A stretch of DNA of 64,000 nucleotides from Phoronis australis (Eukaryota; Animalia; Phoronida): positions 1-64,000 of the forward strand of contig NMRA01000825.1 of assembly GCA_002633005.1 (NCBI GenBank), written 5' to 3'. The translations under genes and the position numbers were made by a program. Of this stretch, positions 43,801 to 53,700 are shown piece by piece. Numbering within the stretch: position 1 is the first letter of the stretch; each line of letters begins with the position of its first letter. The notes beneath the pieces were generated by a model that was not told the origin of the DNA, ran no database searches, and saw nothing but the letters and a program-made list of their open reading frames with translations.

Positions 43801-46800
43801 TACGGCGTTTAGGTCGCCGTGAAGAGTATTCCATTAGTTTGGAGACATTTGCATTTGAAAGATAAGTCTAGAAAGATGTTTTGGCCACGGTAGTATTAAA
43901 GGATTGACAGCATTTTTCAACATAAAACTCGATCATTAATCGCGATGATGGATAAAATCCGATCGGTGTTACGCAGCCATATAAAGAGATCGGTCATAAG
44001 GTAGATCTTCATATTCTGGTTCAACAATTCAAGCTACCATAATCTGACTTTTTGTAGAAAAGGAAGAATATTTGACTTTTGACCACATGCGGTCAGAAAT
44101 TGGTCTTAAATTGCCCTCTGAATGAGACCATAGATTATAGACAACAGATTCGCAACTCTGACATTTTCTTGCGTAATATCCTAGAGGAGGCGCTACTCTA
44201 CTAAATTTTCTGATGCAGTTTCCGGCTAGTGTATTGTGACGACGCAACAGCGCACCATGATAAGCAGGAAATAACACCAGATAATTTGACCAGGCGTCGC
44301 TAGTGAATATGACGTAATTGCTTCTGTAAGAGGCAGTATAAGGAGTTGGCGGACCATGTACTAGTAGTCAATGATGAGACTGAATAAGTGATTTCTTTAT
44401 TCGGCAAGAACTTCCAATGTCGTCATTGCTTGAGATCACGTTGAATAGCTTGGCTTGAATCACGTGTCATTTTATGCCGAGAGGCTCTCAGTATGGCCAC
44501 AAGTTATAGACAACACGATGTCAGGTGTTTGCAAGCCAAGAAAATTGGGAACACGACAACTTGGGACCAGCTTCATAACTGTGGTCAAAATCAAAAGGCA
44601 TGGGGATGCAATGATATTTAGAACCGGACGTTTCCACAAAATAGCGCAAAACGCGACAACGGCAGGATCTTGAATGAATTTAATCTGGAAAGGTGATGAA
44701 TCGAAGCGTGCTCTGTTGCTCTGTAAGTTTTCTATAATTTTAACTATTTAATGACTACTTAATTGATAAATTATTTGATTAAACTGGCAGATTGCTGCAC
44801 CGAATGTCTTGATTGTGTAAAGCGACACTGAACTCGACGTTATTTGCAATGTCTTTTGGTAGAGCCAGTCAGAACTACGAGACATGTGTCTTTTTAGTGT
44901 GACACAAACTCACAGGATGTGTTATTTTTTATAGAGCGACACAGAACGACAAGACATGTAAAGTATATGCATAAGGACACAAAAAGACAGGATATGCTTT
45001 GTGTTTTTATGGAGCGACTTATAAAGAGGAGAGATTAAAGTCTTTTTGTAGAGAGATATAGAACACAAAAATGTGAGATTCTTTTTTTAAAGATTTACGT
45101 GATGACAAGAAGTGTAACATCCTTTTGAGGAGCAGTTACACAGAACGGCGAGGTGTGCAACGTCTTTACGTAGAACGCCGCGAACGCCGAAAATGAAATG
45201 TCGTTTTATAGTAGTACACAGAACTGCGAGACCTGTAATTTTTTTTGCAGAGCAACAAAGATCGACGAGATGTATAACGTCTTTTCGTAGAGTGATACAA
45301 AGCGACGTTAACTATGAAATGGCTTTTTTTAGAGCGACACAGAACGACGAGATGTGTAACTTCTACATCATGTATTACGTCGAGAACGGTAACCTGCTGA
45401 AGAACGAAGTGTGCTGGTCGGAAGGGCCGCCGGACTGGTCCTTTAAGGATTTCTTCGGGAACAACGGATATATCGTGCCCAAGGGAGCAAGCATTGCGCC
45501 AGGTAAAGTATAAGTCAGACTACTCGCATTTACTCCATGTACAGGGGTGAATATGTGTATATGCTTTAGTTATCACAAGATGGGTAGTAATAGAGATTCA
45601 GTCACCAAACACAAGTCACGAGTCTGCAAAGCCGCAGTCTATTTGATGACATATACACCTGAATGGAAATGTAAAGGCAGTCATTCAAAACACTTGTCCC
45701 TTGCACGTCGACCCGGAAATGTTCAAATATCAAAATAATAGCTGAACTATGTATTAGCTTCGCTTTGCTGCTCCGCTCTTCGTCTTCAATGGACTCATGT
45801 CATTTTCACCAGGAGCGTTTGGACGAATATTGCATTCGTGAGAAAGAATTTGTACTTTAGATCTGAAAAATCGTTTTCATACATAAGGGACTTGAATCAA
45901 GATAGGCAATTTTAGGATGATTGTATGCGTGACTGGAAATTTGCCCAACGTCGGCAAAAGATTAGAATTAGATTGAAGTGGGTTGCATCCAGTACCGGAC
46001 TACATGTAGGGGGCTGGGTCTACATGAATGCGGCACTGGGTCCACACGTATGGGGCTAGGTCCACATGTATGGTGCTGGGTCCTGACCCGAGTGGGACTG
46101 GGTCCATATATATAGGGCAGAGTTTACATGTATGGGGCTGGGCCCACATGTATAGACGGCTGGGTCCACATGTATAGGGCTGGGTTCACATATATGGGGC
46201 TGGGTTCACCGACTCGGACACTTGTTTTGCACGTAGTTTAACTTGCGACACGTGCCCCATCACTTGCTAACTCATAAAAACTCGTTGTCAATCAGGATCT
46301 AACAAGTTTCTAAAGAAGAAACACAAGGAGGTAAAACTAGACATAATGCCAGATAAGAACACGGATAATGACGACCAAGTTACCTTGATGCTTGTGGACG
46401 AACTTATCAGGATGTTCGCGGAGCAAGAGAAAAAACAGCAACAACAGGAGGCGCGCGAATATAGCCAAAATGTCGACATTGGATACGGTCAGGGTGACGA
46501 GGAACTTCCGTCAGAGGTAAGACGAACCGATTAAAATTTAATCGGTTCGTAGCAGTGTTACGAGAAGCTTAACTATAATTTTTGGGGTTTTCAGTTCAAT
46601 GCATGTTGATGAATAAAATTGGGGACATTTACTGAAATATACACCCATCATTAAAAATTATGCACAGCGTTGTGTCACTAAAAACACGAGCCGAGTTTAA
46701 ATAGGAAGAGCACACGCCTGTCATGACAGGCGTGTGCTCTTCCAAGACAGCGTCAATATGGTTTGGGATGTTTTCTCACTAACTTGGTGTTACCAACTTG

Positions 46801-47732
46801 ATCTTAAATTTCCTGACTATTTACTCAATGTAAAACTGGTCTCAGCTTATTCCGTACTTAGTTGAGACGTGTTTTCTTCCAGTTCGTGTTTGTAAGACTC
46901 CACGCTGCACGCAGACATTGTACCGCCACGAGAAGCTATACATGTACTTAATAAGTCTGTGATCTGTTTCATGAAAAGTGACTCAAGACTTAAGTCAGAA
47001 ATTTGATCTTACGCTCCACATAAGTACTTCGGAATAATAATCAAATCTCACCTGAGCAAAAAGACAAAGTCTCTGAGAACGTACACATAACTGCTAGTTT
47101 TTGTCATAGTTTCCATAAATAATTTCTGCACTGTGGTGCGCTCGTAAATACTTGGTTGTATAATGTATAATGTATAATCCTCTTTTCCGCAATTATAAAG
47201 TGTGAGCGTAACACGTTATTTCTGTCTTAACTTCATTTTTCATGAAACGGAACCCACGCCTAAAGGTGTACTAAACTGTCAGATCTTTCCACCCCGGAAA
47301 TCGTTTCTTGAATACAAACCGAGCAAGTTGAGAATAATTTTTGTCCGTAAGTAATTTAAATCAAAAGTTAGTTCTTTTTACGGAAATCCTGTTTTAGCAT
47401 CTTTAATCGTAACCATGTTACCAGCAATTGCACCCAGACAGCGACAAATGGTTCCTTTGAGAAATCTCAGCTGCATCAAACGAGAGTTGAACAGGAACAC
47501 TCCTCACAAGTCGGTGTGGATACGGTGAAGAAAACGGCAAACGATTTCTCCTCAACCTCGTGCTTTCACTGAGGAATCGCCGTGCGAACGTTTCCTGGTC
47601 AAGCTCTTGTTTTTAAAAGTCTCTTCTATTTGTTTGCAGGACGAACGGGCTCTGATTGAAGCCTACGACCAATACTACGGTAATCGACCGGAATACGCCC
47701 AGGAAAACGAGAACGTGGATGCTATTTACTGA
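19870..47732 (+). CDS. PHM: Peptidylglycine alpha-hydroxylating monooxygenase (monofunctional PHM), 11 coding exons, 1341 nt / 446 aa: join(19870..19986,32885..32936,37025..37112,39021..39154,39839..39928,40961..41074,42156..42236,42901..43081,45333..45502,46296..46516,47640..47732)
   Basis: All introns GT-AG with matching phases and one continuous frame. Signal peptide [21 protein letters not shown] motifs [14 protein letters not shown] (CuH His-His), [22 protein letters not shown] (CuH His), FAFRVHAH (CuM His-x-His), [14 protein letters not shown]-like [16 protein letters not shown] (CuM Met). Confidence 0.96.
22296..22420 (+). repeat. ~38-bp tandem repeat x3
   Basis: caggcgcacgcgcctaatttgggatgctaca…. 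Confidence 0.85.
25032..26463. mobile_element. Non-autonomous Kolobok-type element in PHM intron
   Basis: TTAA flanks; TIRs GGATATTTCCAACCTTATT / AATAAGGTTTGAAATAACC (17 of 19 match); internal inverted repeat at about 26024-26050 versus 26164-26191. Confidence 0.72.
27758..28004 (+). repeat. 49-bp minisatellite x5
   Basis: ggccaaaatattaactgagcagcgtattgcgatg(a/g)tgtggttgcaaata at 27758, 27807, 27856, 27905 and 27954. Confidence 0.97.
28090..31300 (+). mobile_element. Decayed DNA transposon with C-terminal tesmin/TSO1-like CXC domain (boundaries approximate)
   Basis: Frameshifted relics [17 protein letters not shown] (~29800-29850), [12 protein letters not shown] (30232-30267) and HSW...[33 protein letters not shown] (to 30527); subterminal inverted repeat aaaaagttcccac...tgcacatttt (~28200) versus aaaatgtgcaa...gtgggaactttt (~31125-31155). 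Confidence 0.75.
32885..32936 (+). CDS. PHM: PHM coding exon 2
   Basis: tatttttcag/[17 protein letters not shown]/gtaagt; phase 0 to 1. Confidence 0.93.
34141..34222. mobile_element. Short G/C-tract element (GGCGGAT…GGGGGCCATGGCCCC…AAAATCCTGG…CCGCCC family)
   Basis: Related copies at about 4284, 15730, 19123, 59440-59485 and 61048-61198; several contain N gaps. Confidence 0.6.
37025..37112 (+). CDS. PHM: PHM coding exon 3 (CuH His-His)
   Basis: cactatag/(T)[28 protein letters not shown](W)/gtaagt; phase 1 to 2. Confidence 0.95.
39021..39154 (+). CDS. PHM: PHM coding exon 4
   Basis: aacag/(W)[44 protein letters not shown](G)/gtacga; phase 2 to 1. Confidence 0.95.
39839..39928 (+). CDS. PHM: PHM coding exon 5 (third CuH His)
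   Basis: gtttgcag/(G)[29 protein letters not shown]/gtgagt; phase 1 to 1. Confidence 0.96.
40066..40184 (+). repeat. (CT)n/(CCCT)n microsatellite
   Basis: Pyrimidine-only tract; explains the RE-rich ORFs. Confidence 0.95.
40790..40943 (+). repeat. (TA)n/(TATG)/(CA) compound microsatellite
   Basis: Direct reading; explains the YI-rich ORFs. Confidence 0.95.
40961..41074 (+). CDS. PHM: PHM coding exon 6
   Basis: ggtttgcag/(K)[37 protein letters not shown]/gtaagt; phase 1 to 1. Confidence 0.95.
41241..41695. mobile_element. MITE with ~90-bp TIRs in PHM intron 6
   Basis: 41241-41331 (…atacttagtcgtttgagtgccttgatagttg…agtgacatctgtt) is inverted at 41608-41695. Confidence 0.75.
42156..42236 (+). 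CDS. PHM: PHM coding exon 7 (CuM His-x-His)
   Basis: ctttgcag/(E)[26 protein letters not shown](G)/gtaagt; phase 1 to 1. Confidence 0.96.
42901..43081 (+). CDS. PHM: PHM coding exon 8
   Basis: tctcaag/(G)[59 protein letters not shown](G)/gtgagt; phase 1 to 2. Confidence 0.95.
43381..43491 (+). repeat. 57-bp tandem duplication
   Basis: atgactaggtctactattcaaatgatgtgttgcatcacgaagtaaatggggga at 43381 and 43438. Confidence 0.95.
44821..45360 (+). repeat. Degenerate ~40-bp tandem array (about 14 units) copying the acceptor and first codons of PHM exon 9
   Basis: Consensus (g)tcttttt(g)tag AGCGACACAGAACGACGAGATGTGTAAC; units start near 44821, 44863, 44898, 44935, 44975, 45013, 45052, 45091, 45131, 45174, 45212, 45251, 45291 and 45333 (the real exon). 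Confidence 0.85.
45333..45502 (+). CDS. PHM: PHM coding exon 9 (CuM Met)
   Basis: cttttttt ag/(G)[56 protein letters not shown](G)/gtaaag; phase 2 to 1. Confidence 0.95.
45995..46210 (+). repeat. ~20-bp minisatellite (about 10 units)
   Basis: Consensus cacatgtatggggctgggtc. Confidence 0.85.
46296..46516 (+). CDS. PHM: PHM coding exon 10 (basic linker followed by acidic tail)
   Basis: tcaatcag/(G)[73 protein letters not shown]/gtaaga; phase 1 to 0, in frame with exon 9. Confidence 0.85.
46959..47255. mobile_element. MITE in PHM intron 10; related copy at about 27437-27690
   Basis: TIR ctgtttcatgaaaagtg…cttaagtcagaaat versus atttctgtcttaac…catttttcatgaaacgg; internal ctcacctgagc…tctctgagaa is shared, inverted, with the 27.5-kb copy. 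Confidence 0.65.
47640..47732 (+). CDS. PHM: PHM coding exon 11 (terminal)
   Basis: Strong acceptor ctcttctatttgtttgcag, then [30 protein letters not shown] (TGA 47730-47732); phase 0. Confidence 0.83.
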   Translation, partial: DERALIEAYDQYYGNRPEYAQENENVDAIY

Positions 47733-47957
47733 GACGCGCTGAATCGTTAACTCTTACGGCAAATACCGCTGAGATTTCAGGCTTCATTGCTCGATTTGGT
47801 GTATTTGAGTTCGTACCAACAATAGATTAAGCAATGTTAAAAAGTTTAAACTATGCTCAGTAGTGGCAGACATCGCGGTTTTTAAAGCAATTCATTTGAA
47901 AAAGAACGCTTCCTCTATGTGACTATGTTTTTCTGTTACTATACATTTTTTCAGACC

Positions 47958-47963
47958 AATAAA
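47958..47963 (+). terminator. Candidate polyadenylation signal of PHM
   Basis: AATAAA about 225 nt after the stop codon, followed by GT-rich sequence. Confidence 0.55.
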
Positions 47964-49860
47964 CTAAGCGCAGTGGTTGTAATTTCGATGACATTCCGTA
48001 CTGATCGAAATTTTGAGATAAAAACTGCGTTTTAAATTGTGATAGATCAATCTTAATTTTGAATTTAATGGTTGATGTTCTTGAATTTCTACATTTTTGA
48101 TGTTGAATTCTCCGTCATCTTGTGGTGGAAATTATGTTTAATTTATACTATGGAAAAACTGCAAGAAGAATTCTCATTGTCAATACAAAATCTCCATTAT
48201 TAAATTTAATTGATTTCAAGAGAGTTGACCTTTCGAAGAGATCGAATGTCGATATTTTTACTAGTAAGAGCAAACAGCTATTACAAGCCGTTGAGAACTG
48301 GTTTCTTGGCTAACAACTGCACGATGATACCAAGTAAAGCTTATTTTATATTTGAAAATTACACAAACTTCTGTATTAAGCTCTAACTTGCAAAAGTTTG
48401 ATTTTTAACGTTTAACCAAAGACGGAACTTATCTTTGAGCCAAGCTGCCGCAGTGCATAAGTGTTTTTATTTAACGCTATAACCCTATTCGACCGTTAAC
48501 GCTGATACAGTTACCAGCCGCAATACAACCATCTGTGGGATCAACTAAACCTACACTGCCTAAAATATTTTTCCTGGATACAGCCCGGGGAACTCGAATG
48601 TGGTCTCATGAATTATATCTGTGGTGTGGTATGATTTGAGATGTCAATGGCATGTTTGTATCAGTAATATGAGTTTATAACACGGCCCTATAAACAGATG
48701 AGATAATGGGCGCATCATGTATAGTATTAGCACGTCCTTTGAATGGCGGGGTGTGTAGGGACATGTACTTTTGAACGGTCTAATACGGTTTAGCGTGATA
48801 AATTGTTCAACAGTTTCTCAATAGATACGACCAGTGAGACCATCGATCACGATATCTTGCATGTTGATGTTGTTTTTGTTTCGAGAATTTTGCACAATCT
48901 TGTGAACTATGTGAAGTGCTTTATACTCGAAGGTACGAATCCATAAAACCAGTGTATGGATATGTTATGTCAGGAGGTACGCTTTTTAAAGAAATTCAGA
49001 CAGGATTCATAAGTTTAATTTTTCGTCGCCGAAAACCAACCATTCGGTAACTTTCTTAGAAACGAAATGCAGGCAACGATGTGAGGCAGTTTTGTCAGCC
49101 GTTAGAAGCCTTTGGAAGAGAAAATATGTCCGTTCCTATTTCCACCTAAAGGACCTTAATACTATGTGCAATTTCGGTGCATGTTTCAATCAATATCATG
49201 TGTGTAAAAATACAACTAAGCAGCACAGCTTTTACTGTCTCTTAAACCAGCCACGATCACTGTAGAAACAGTAAGATATTTTATGGTCACTGTATTTTTG
49301 TTCCTCGTTAAATATACTCTTAAAATTTCGGCACCTCTACAAACTGTACTGACTTTACCAGCCTGTAAATATTCCCGTCAATTACTGACATAAGCATATA
49401 GGTAACCTGTACTACTCAAAATAAAGACTCTACAGCCTGGGCTGTGTTCCTTAGACACAAGAAAACTACGAAGCACTTGCGGCAAAAATTCTTCGCTTAT
49501 GGAACAGAAAACGGTGAATTGATCATTGCAATTTCACCGACGACAGTTGTCCACCATCACTTTAAGTCCCGAATATATTCGCGAAACATTCGCGTAGTTT
49601 TGCGTTTTGTTGTGGGAGCTTACTTTTTCGCGAGTTTCTCACGTCTACGGAACGCATCACAGAATGCATTCCACGCTGGAGACAAAAGAATGAGTAATTA
49701 CAATGTGTCAAGAAGCTGTTAACTTTATGACTCAGCAGTCGCTCCATAATTTGTCCTCCGTGAATTTTTTCACACCCTGTTTCTCATATATAAAGTATCC
49801 GGTGTGTGTTTTAAAGGGACATTTTCGTCGAAAAAACAAAATTTTCAGAAAAGAGCATTA

Positions 49861-50003
49861 GCGCGGAATCGAACCCATTAGCTCCGCTCTGGCAGCAAAA
49901 CGCTCTCGTTGGTTCCCTGCGTGCCGCTGGGTGGTCGGTAGCCAGCACGTGCTGGCTAGGCACGTAGGAAACCAGCGACCAAAACGCTCTGCCGGTTAAG
50001 CCA
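49861..50003 (-). mobile_element. tRNA-derived SINE-like head interrupted by the palindromic MITE
   Basis: - strand A box TGGCTTAACCGG and B box GGTTCGATTCC sit at tRNA-like spacing once 49905-49988 is removed. Confidence 0.55.
49905..49979. mobile_element. Tiny palindromic MITE, copy 1 of 3
   Basis: ctcgttggttccctgcgtgc…gcacgtaggaaaccagcgac flanked by direct repeat caaaacgct(ct). Confidence 0.7.
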
Positions 50004-50615
50004 AATGTCACGCGTTGAATAGTAGACAAACGTGTCCCAATCTACTGGCGGCCACCGAAGTCAGTGACTAGTCGGTGAATTTGCAATGAGAAATTGGATT
50101 AATTTGTAACGCGGGAGTCTATAACAATTCCGGTAGGGGATAGCTCTGGCTGAAAAAGGTCAACCTCTGTCATTGCCTTCTTGGTATTTGCTACACTTCC
50201 AGTCTCTGTCTCAATCCTGAAATTTGGCCACCAAAATTTCAATTACCGTTTAGCAGGTCCATGGTTCCTACTAAATTCTTGACCGCAATGTGCCAGAAGC
50301 ACCGAGTTTACGTCAAGGTAGACCTCCGATGTTCACCCCCTGCTGCTTAGTGCATTGTTTAAGTTGACTCATTTGTGAATCTCGCATTGAAACAAAAAAT
50401 GAGGGCGTATCAAACTATTTTTACTATAGGAGATTTATACCCAGCTCGATGAACGTGAAGCGTTGTGGATAAATAGAGCAGTGTTTCTTGTAAAGGTGTC
50501 CTTATAATGGAGTGACGCTGCTAACTCGAAACATTGCAGCTCTGCTTACATCCGCGTGTCCAAATCTTTGATAACGGTCCGTACGCCAGCTACAATGCCG
50601 GCTCCATTGCGTGCA

Positions 50616-50760
50616 TCAACTGACACATCGGCAATATGCTGGCAGGTAGAAGTCAGCAAACTCCACGTTGGGTATATGGTTGCAGGTATAGCAGTATACC
50701 AGCACTTTCCGTAATACTGACACCACGTCACAGATCGTGCAGGAGATGGTGCTTGGCGTT
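50616..50760 (-). CDS. Spaetzle-like gene coding exon 4 (terminal, CxC motif)
   Basis: tgcatttcag/(T)TPSTISCTICDVVSVLRKVLVYCYTCNHIPNVEFADFYLPAYCRCVS* (TGA 50618-50616). Confidence 0.9.
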
Positions 50761-53700
50761 CTGAAATGCAATCACCACTCAGAAAGCATTAGAGGTCCAA
50801 TTTATATACATGTACATGTATGTAACACGTTTCATGATTGGATAGCAAGTGGGGATCAGTGCTCGGTTGCATAAAACAGTCCCCAATAGAGGCTCAACTA
50901 AGTTCCACCTACTGTGTAAAGGTGTACTGTTTGTCTTTTCTTATGCCGTTTTAGGTTCATCACTAAGTCAACTTTTGGCTTTGTTACAAATCGGGAGTGA
51001 ACTCGACGTAGAATTTTCAATATTATCGAAACTATATAGGGATCTTTTCATGCAACGCACCTAATTTAAGGACTACGTCTCTATCTGTTTTCATTGAATT
51101 AAGGGCTCAGTTTTTAGTTATATTATTAGAAAATGTCACAAGTCAAGGAAGAGCTTATAATAAAGATGAACTAATAAAAAAGATTACATCTGTGCGTATT
51201 ATATAAACAAAAACACAGATTGGCAAAAGATTTAGGGAACTTAGTTGAGTTCCTATTTGGGACAGTTTCATGCAACCCGGCACAAAAACCGTTAACCAGG
51301 ACTTACAGTAACACATTTATCTTCAAAATACAAATGCAAATACTGTTGAATTTGATTAGTTTTTAACATGTATTGCATCATTACCGGCAAAACAGCTTAG
51401 ACGCTCCTAATCTTGCGCTGGTTTATGCTACCAAAGTTAAAAGTAACTGGAGATAAAAAATAGTTACAGTTTACCTGTTGCAAGGTTTTGTGTTTCAAAA
51501 TAACAATGTACAATTGAAGCAATGTTATCCTGTTTTAAACAGTACGTTGGGTGCATGAATAAGCGGAATGGGTGCAAAGTTTCCACACTTGTATAAAAAT
51601 ATTGATTACATTCCATTAGCCGACTTGCCGTTTCGTTCAAGAATTGGTTCATTAGATGAATGCTTACGTGCAAGCAGCAAACTGTATGACTTGGTAACTG
51701 TTAATGAACGGGAAATGTACTACGTCTCTTGTCATACCATTTACGTCCACGAGAGTTGAGGGCGTTGCGGAAAAAGTGTTCCTGAAAAAGAAGTCAACAT
51801 CGTCTGGTTGTCGCCGAAAATTTTTGTTTGTTCCTCTAAAAATCAAGCATTTTCCTTGATTCCTGAAGTATTATCCAAGAAAAAAATGGAGAACGTGTGA
51901 AACTTTAAAAACTGCAACAACCACAGACTCGAACTCACGACCCGGCGCACAGCGCGCGCGTGCTTTACCACTACACCACCACGATTTAGCTAACAATTTA
52001 GTTAAAACCTACTTGTTTATGGTCCACAGCGTTTGCGCGCGAAACCTACTTCTTTTTGTAATGTTTATTACACTTTTTATATTTTGTGCAATCAGTTCGT
52101 AACAAATTTGTTGTCTTTAAAATATTCTTCAAATGCCCAAAAGACCAAATCCGTTTTTTGTGTTGGCATGAATGACGCGATTGGTTTGGAAATCGTCTTA
52201 AGTTAAGGTTTGACAAAGAGAGAATTATGAGTTTCTGAGTGATTCACTAAGGCTTCGATTAAAATTCACATCTTACCATCTTCTGTTTTTTCATCGTCAC
52301 TCAGATTCCATTTTCTTTAAAAAATCAAGGTACCTAAACTACACGGTCAACGGACTCATAAACACGGGCACGGACGCATGAACACGAATCACGGACCTGC
52401 AAGCACCGTCCACTGACTCACAAACACGGTCACGGACTTACAAAACACGATCCATGCACCCAAATACACGGGACACGGACTCATACTCACGAGGAAACAC
52501 GATTAACGGACCGCCAAACACGGGTCACGGACTCATCGGCTTTCTGGGTCAGCTGACATCTTCATTTTGTCCGTAGACCGTGTTTGGCGGTCCGTTAACC
52601 GTGTAAATTTCCTCGTGAATATGAGTCCGTGTCCCGTGTATTTGGGTGCGTGGATCGTGTTTTGTGAGTCCGTTCCCGTGTTTGTGAGTCAGTGGACGGT
52701 GTTTGCAGGTCCCTGAGTCGTGTTTATGAGTCCGTCCCAGAAAAAATCCGCCTTTGACTGTTGCATGACATTAGGTACATTGTTCAACAATGTCAACGTG
52801 ACGCCTGACAACGCGACGTCATCTAACGGTGATGCAATCCGCGGGCCTAATTCCTTCACAATTCTAGAGATATCGAGGGGGAGTGGAGAATGAATAAAGC
52901 CTCTTTTAACCCGCCTTCCATGAAGGAAGAAAGTTTTTAATTGATTTCGCTATCTATAACTACAAAATTAATCTCAACTGCTTCCTGACTGCGTTGGGAA
53001 GTGATTCCTGAATTTGCAATAATTGACAAATCAGTTGAAGCCATGCCCGGCGTACAAAATAACGCGCGCGCCGTGGCAAACCGCCTTGTACTTGTAGCGG
53101 CCTAGTTCTAAGCTCAGCTATAATATAAAACAAGTTTAGTCTGAGTTTTAAGCAATACTGTTACTGTTGTCGTTCTTTTGAAGCTCTGAATTTATCTCCA
53201 ATTTGAACCAGTGTAGAATTTATTAACGACGACAACGCCTTTTTTACAAAGTAGTCCCTATATTTTTAAAATGGTCGCGGGATTTTTAAACAGGACGCGG
53301 GACATTTAAACAGGACGCGCGCTCAGCCAAACAGGACGCTGAGACACGTTAAAAGTGGTCGTGGAAAACACTGTTATAGGAACAACTTCGGAACCAATTA
53401 CACATAGCGGTATGAGAGGTCAGTGTCTCTCAAAAGTTGTTTTATGATATGGAAAGGCAGCTCACAGTACCAGCGTAAAAATCTATTAGCATTGAACGAA
53501 AGTAATATTTTTGCAGCAAATAGCAACCCCTCTATCAACGACTTTGCTTGAACGTGAGCATGACATTTTGGACTTACGTTTCGCAGCATGTAGATGTTTC
53601 TCGTTCCACGGCAGCTGATACGTTTTGTGATAACTTGTCCGCTTGGGACGGATCCAACTTAGTGAATAGATTTGGGAATGACTTTACAATCATGTTGCGT

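Noticed and set aside
47733-50615. PAL domain exons that would make a bifunctional PAM
   Set aside because: No NHL-repeat or PAL-like coding segments were seen, and the PHM frame has already terminated.
50546-50731. ORF-track peptide MTWCQYYGKCW…
   Set aside because: Wrong frame; the phase-2 frame from the acceptor at 50760 gives the cystine-knot terminus.
51920-51983. Functional tRNA gene
   Set aside because: A and B boxes are present but the acceptor and T stems do not pair; treated as a SINE head or pseudogene.
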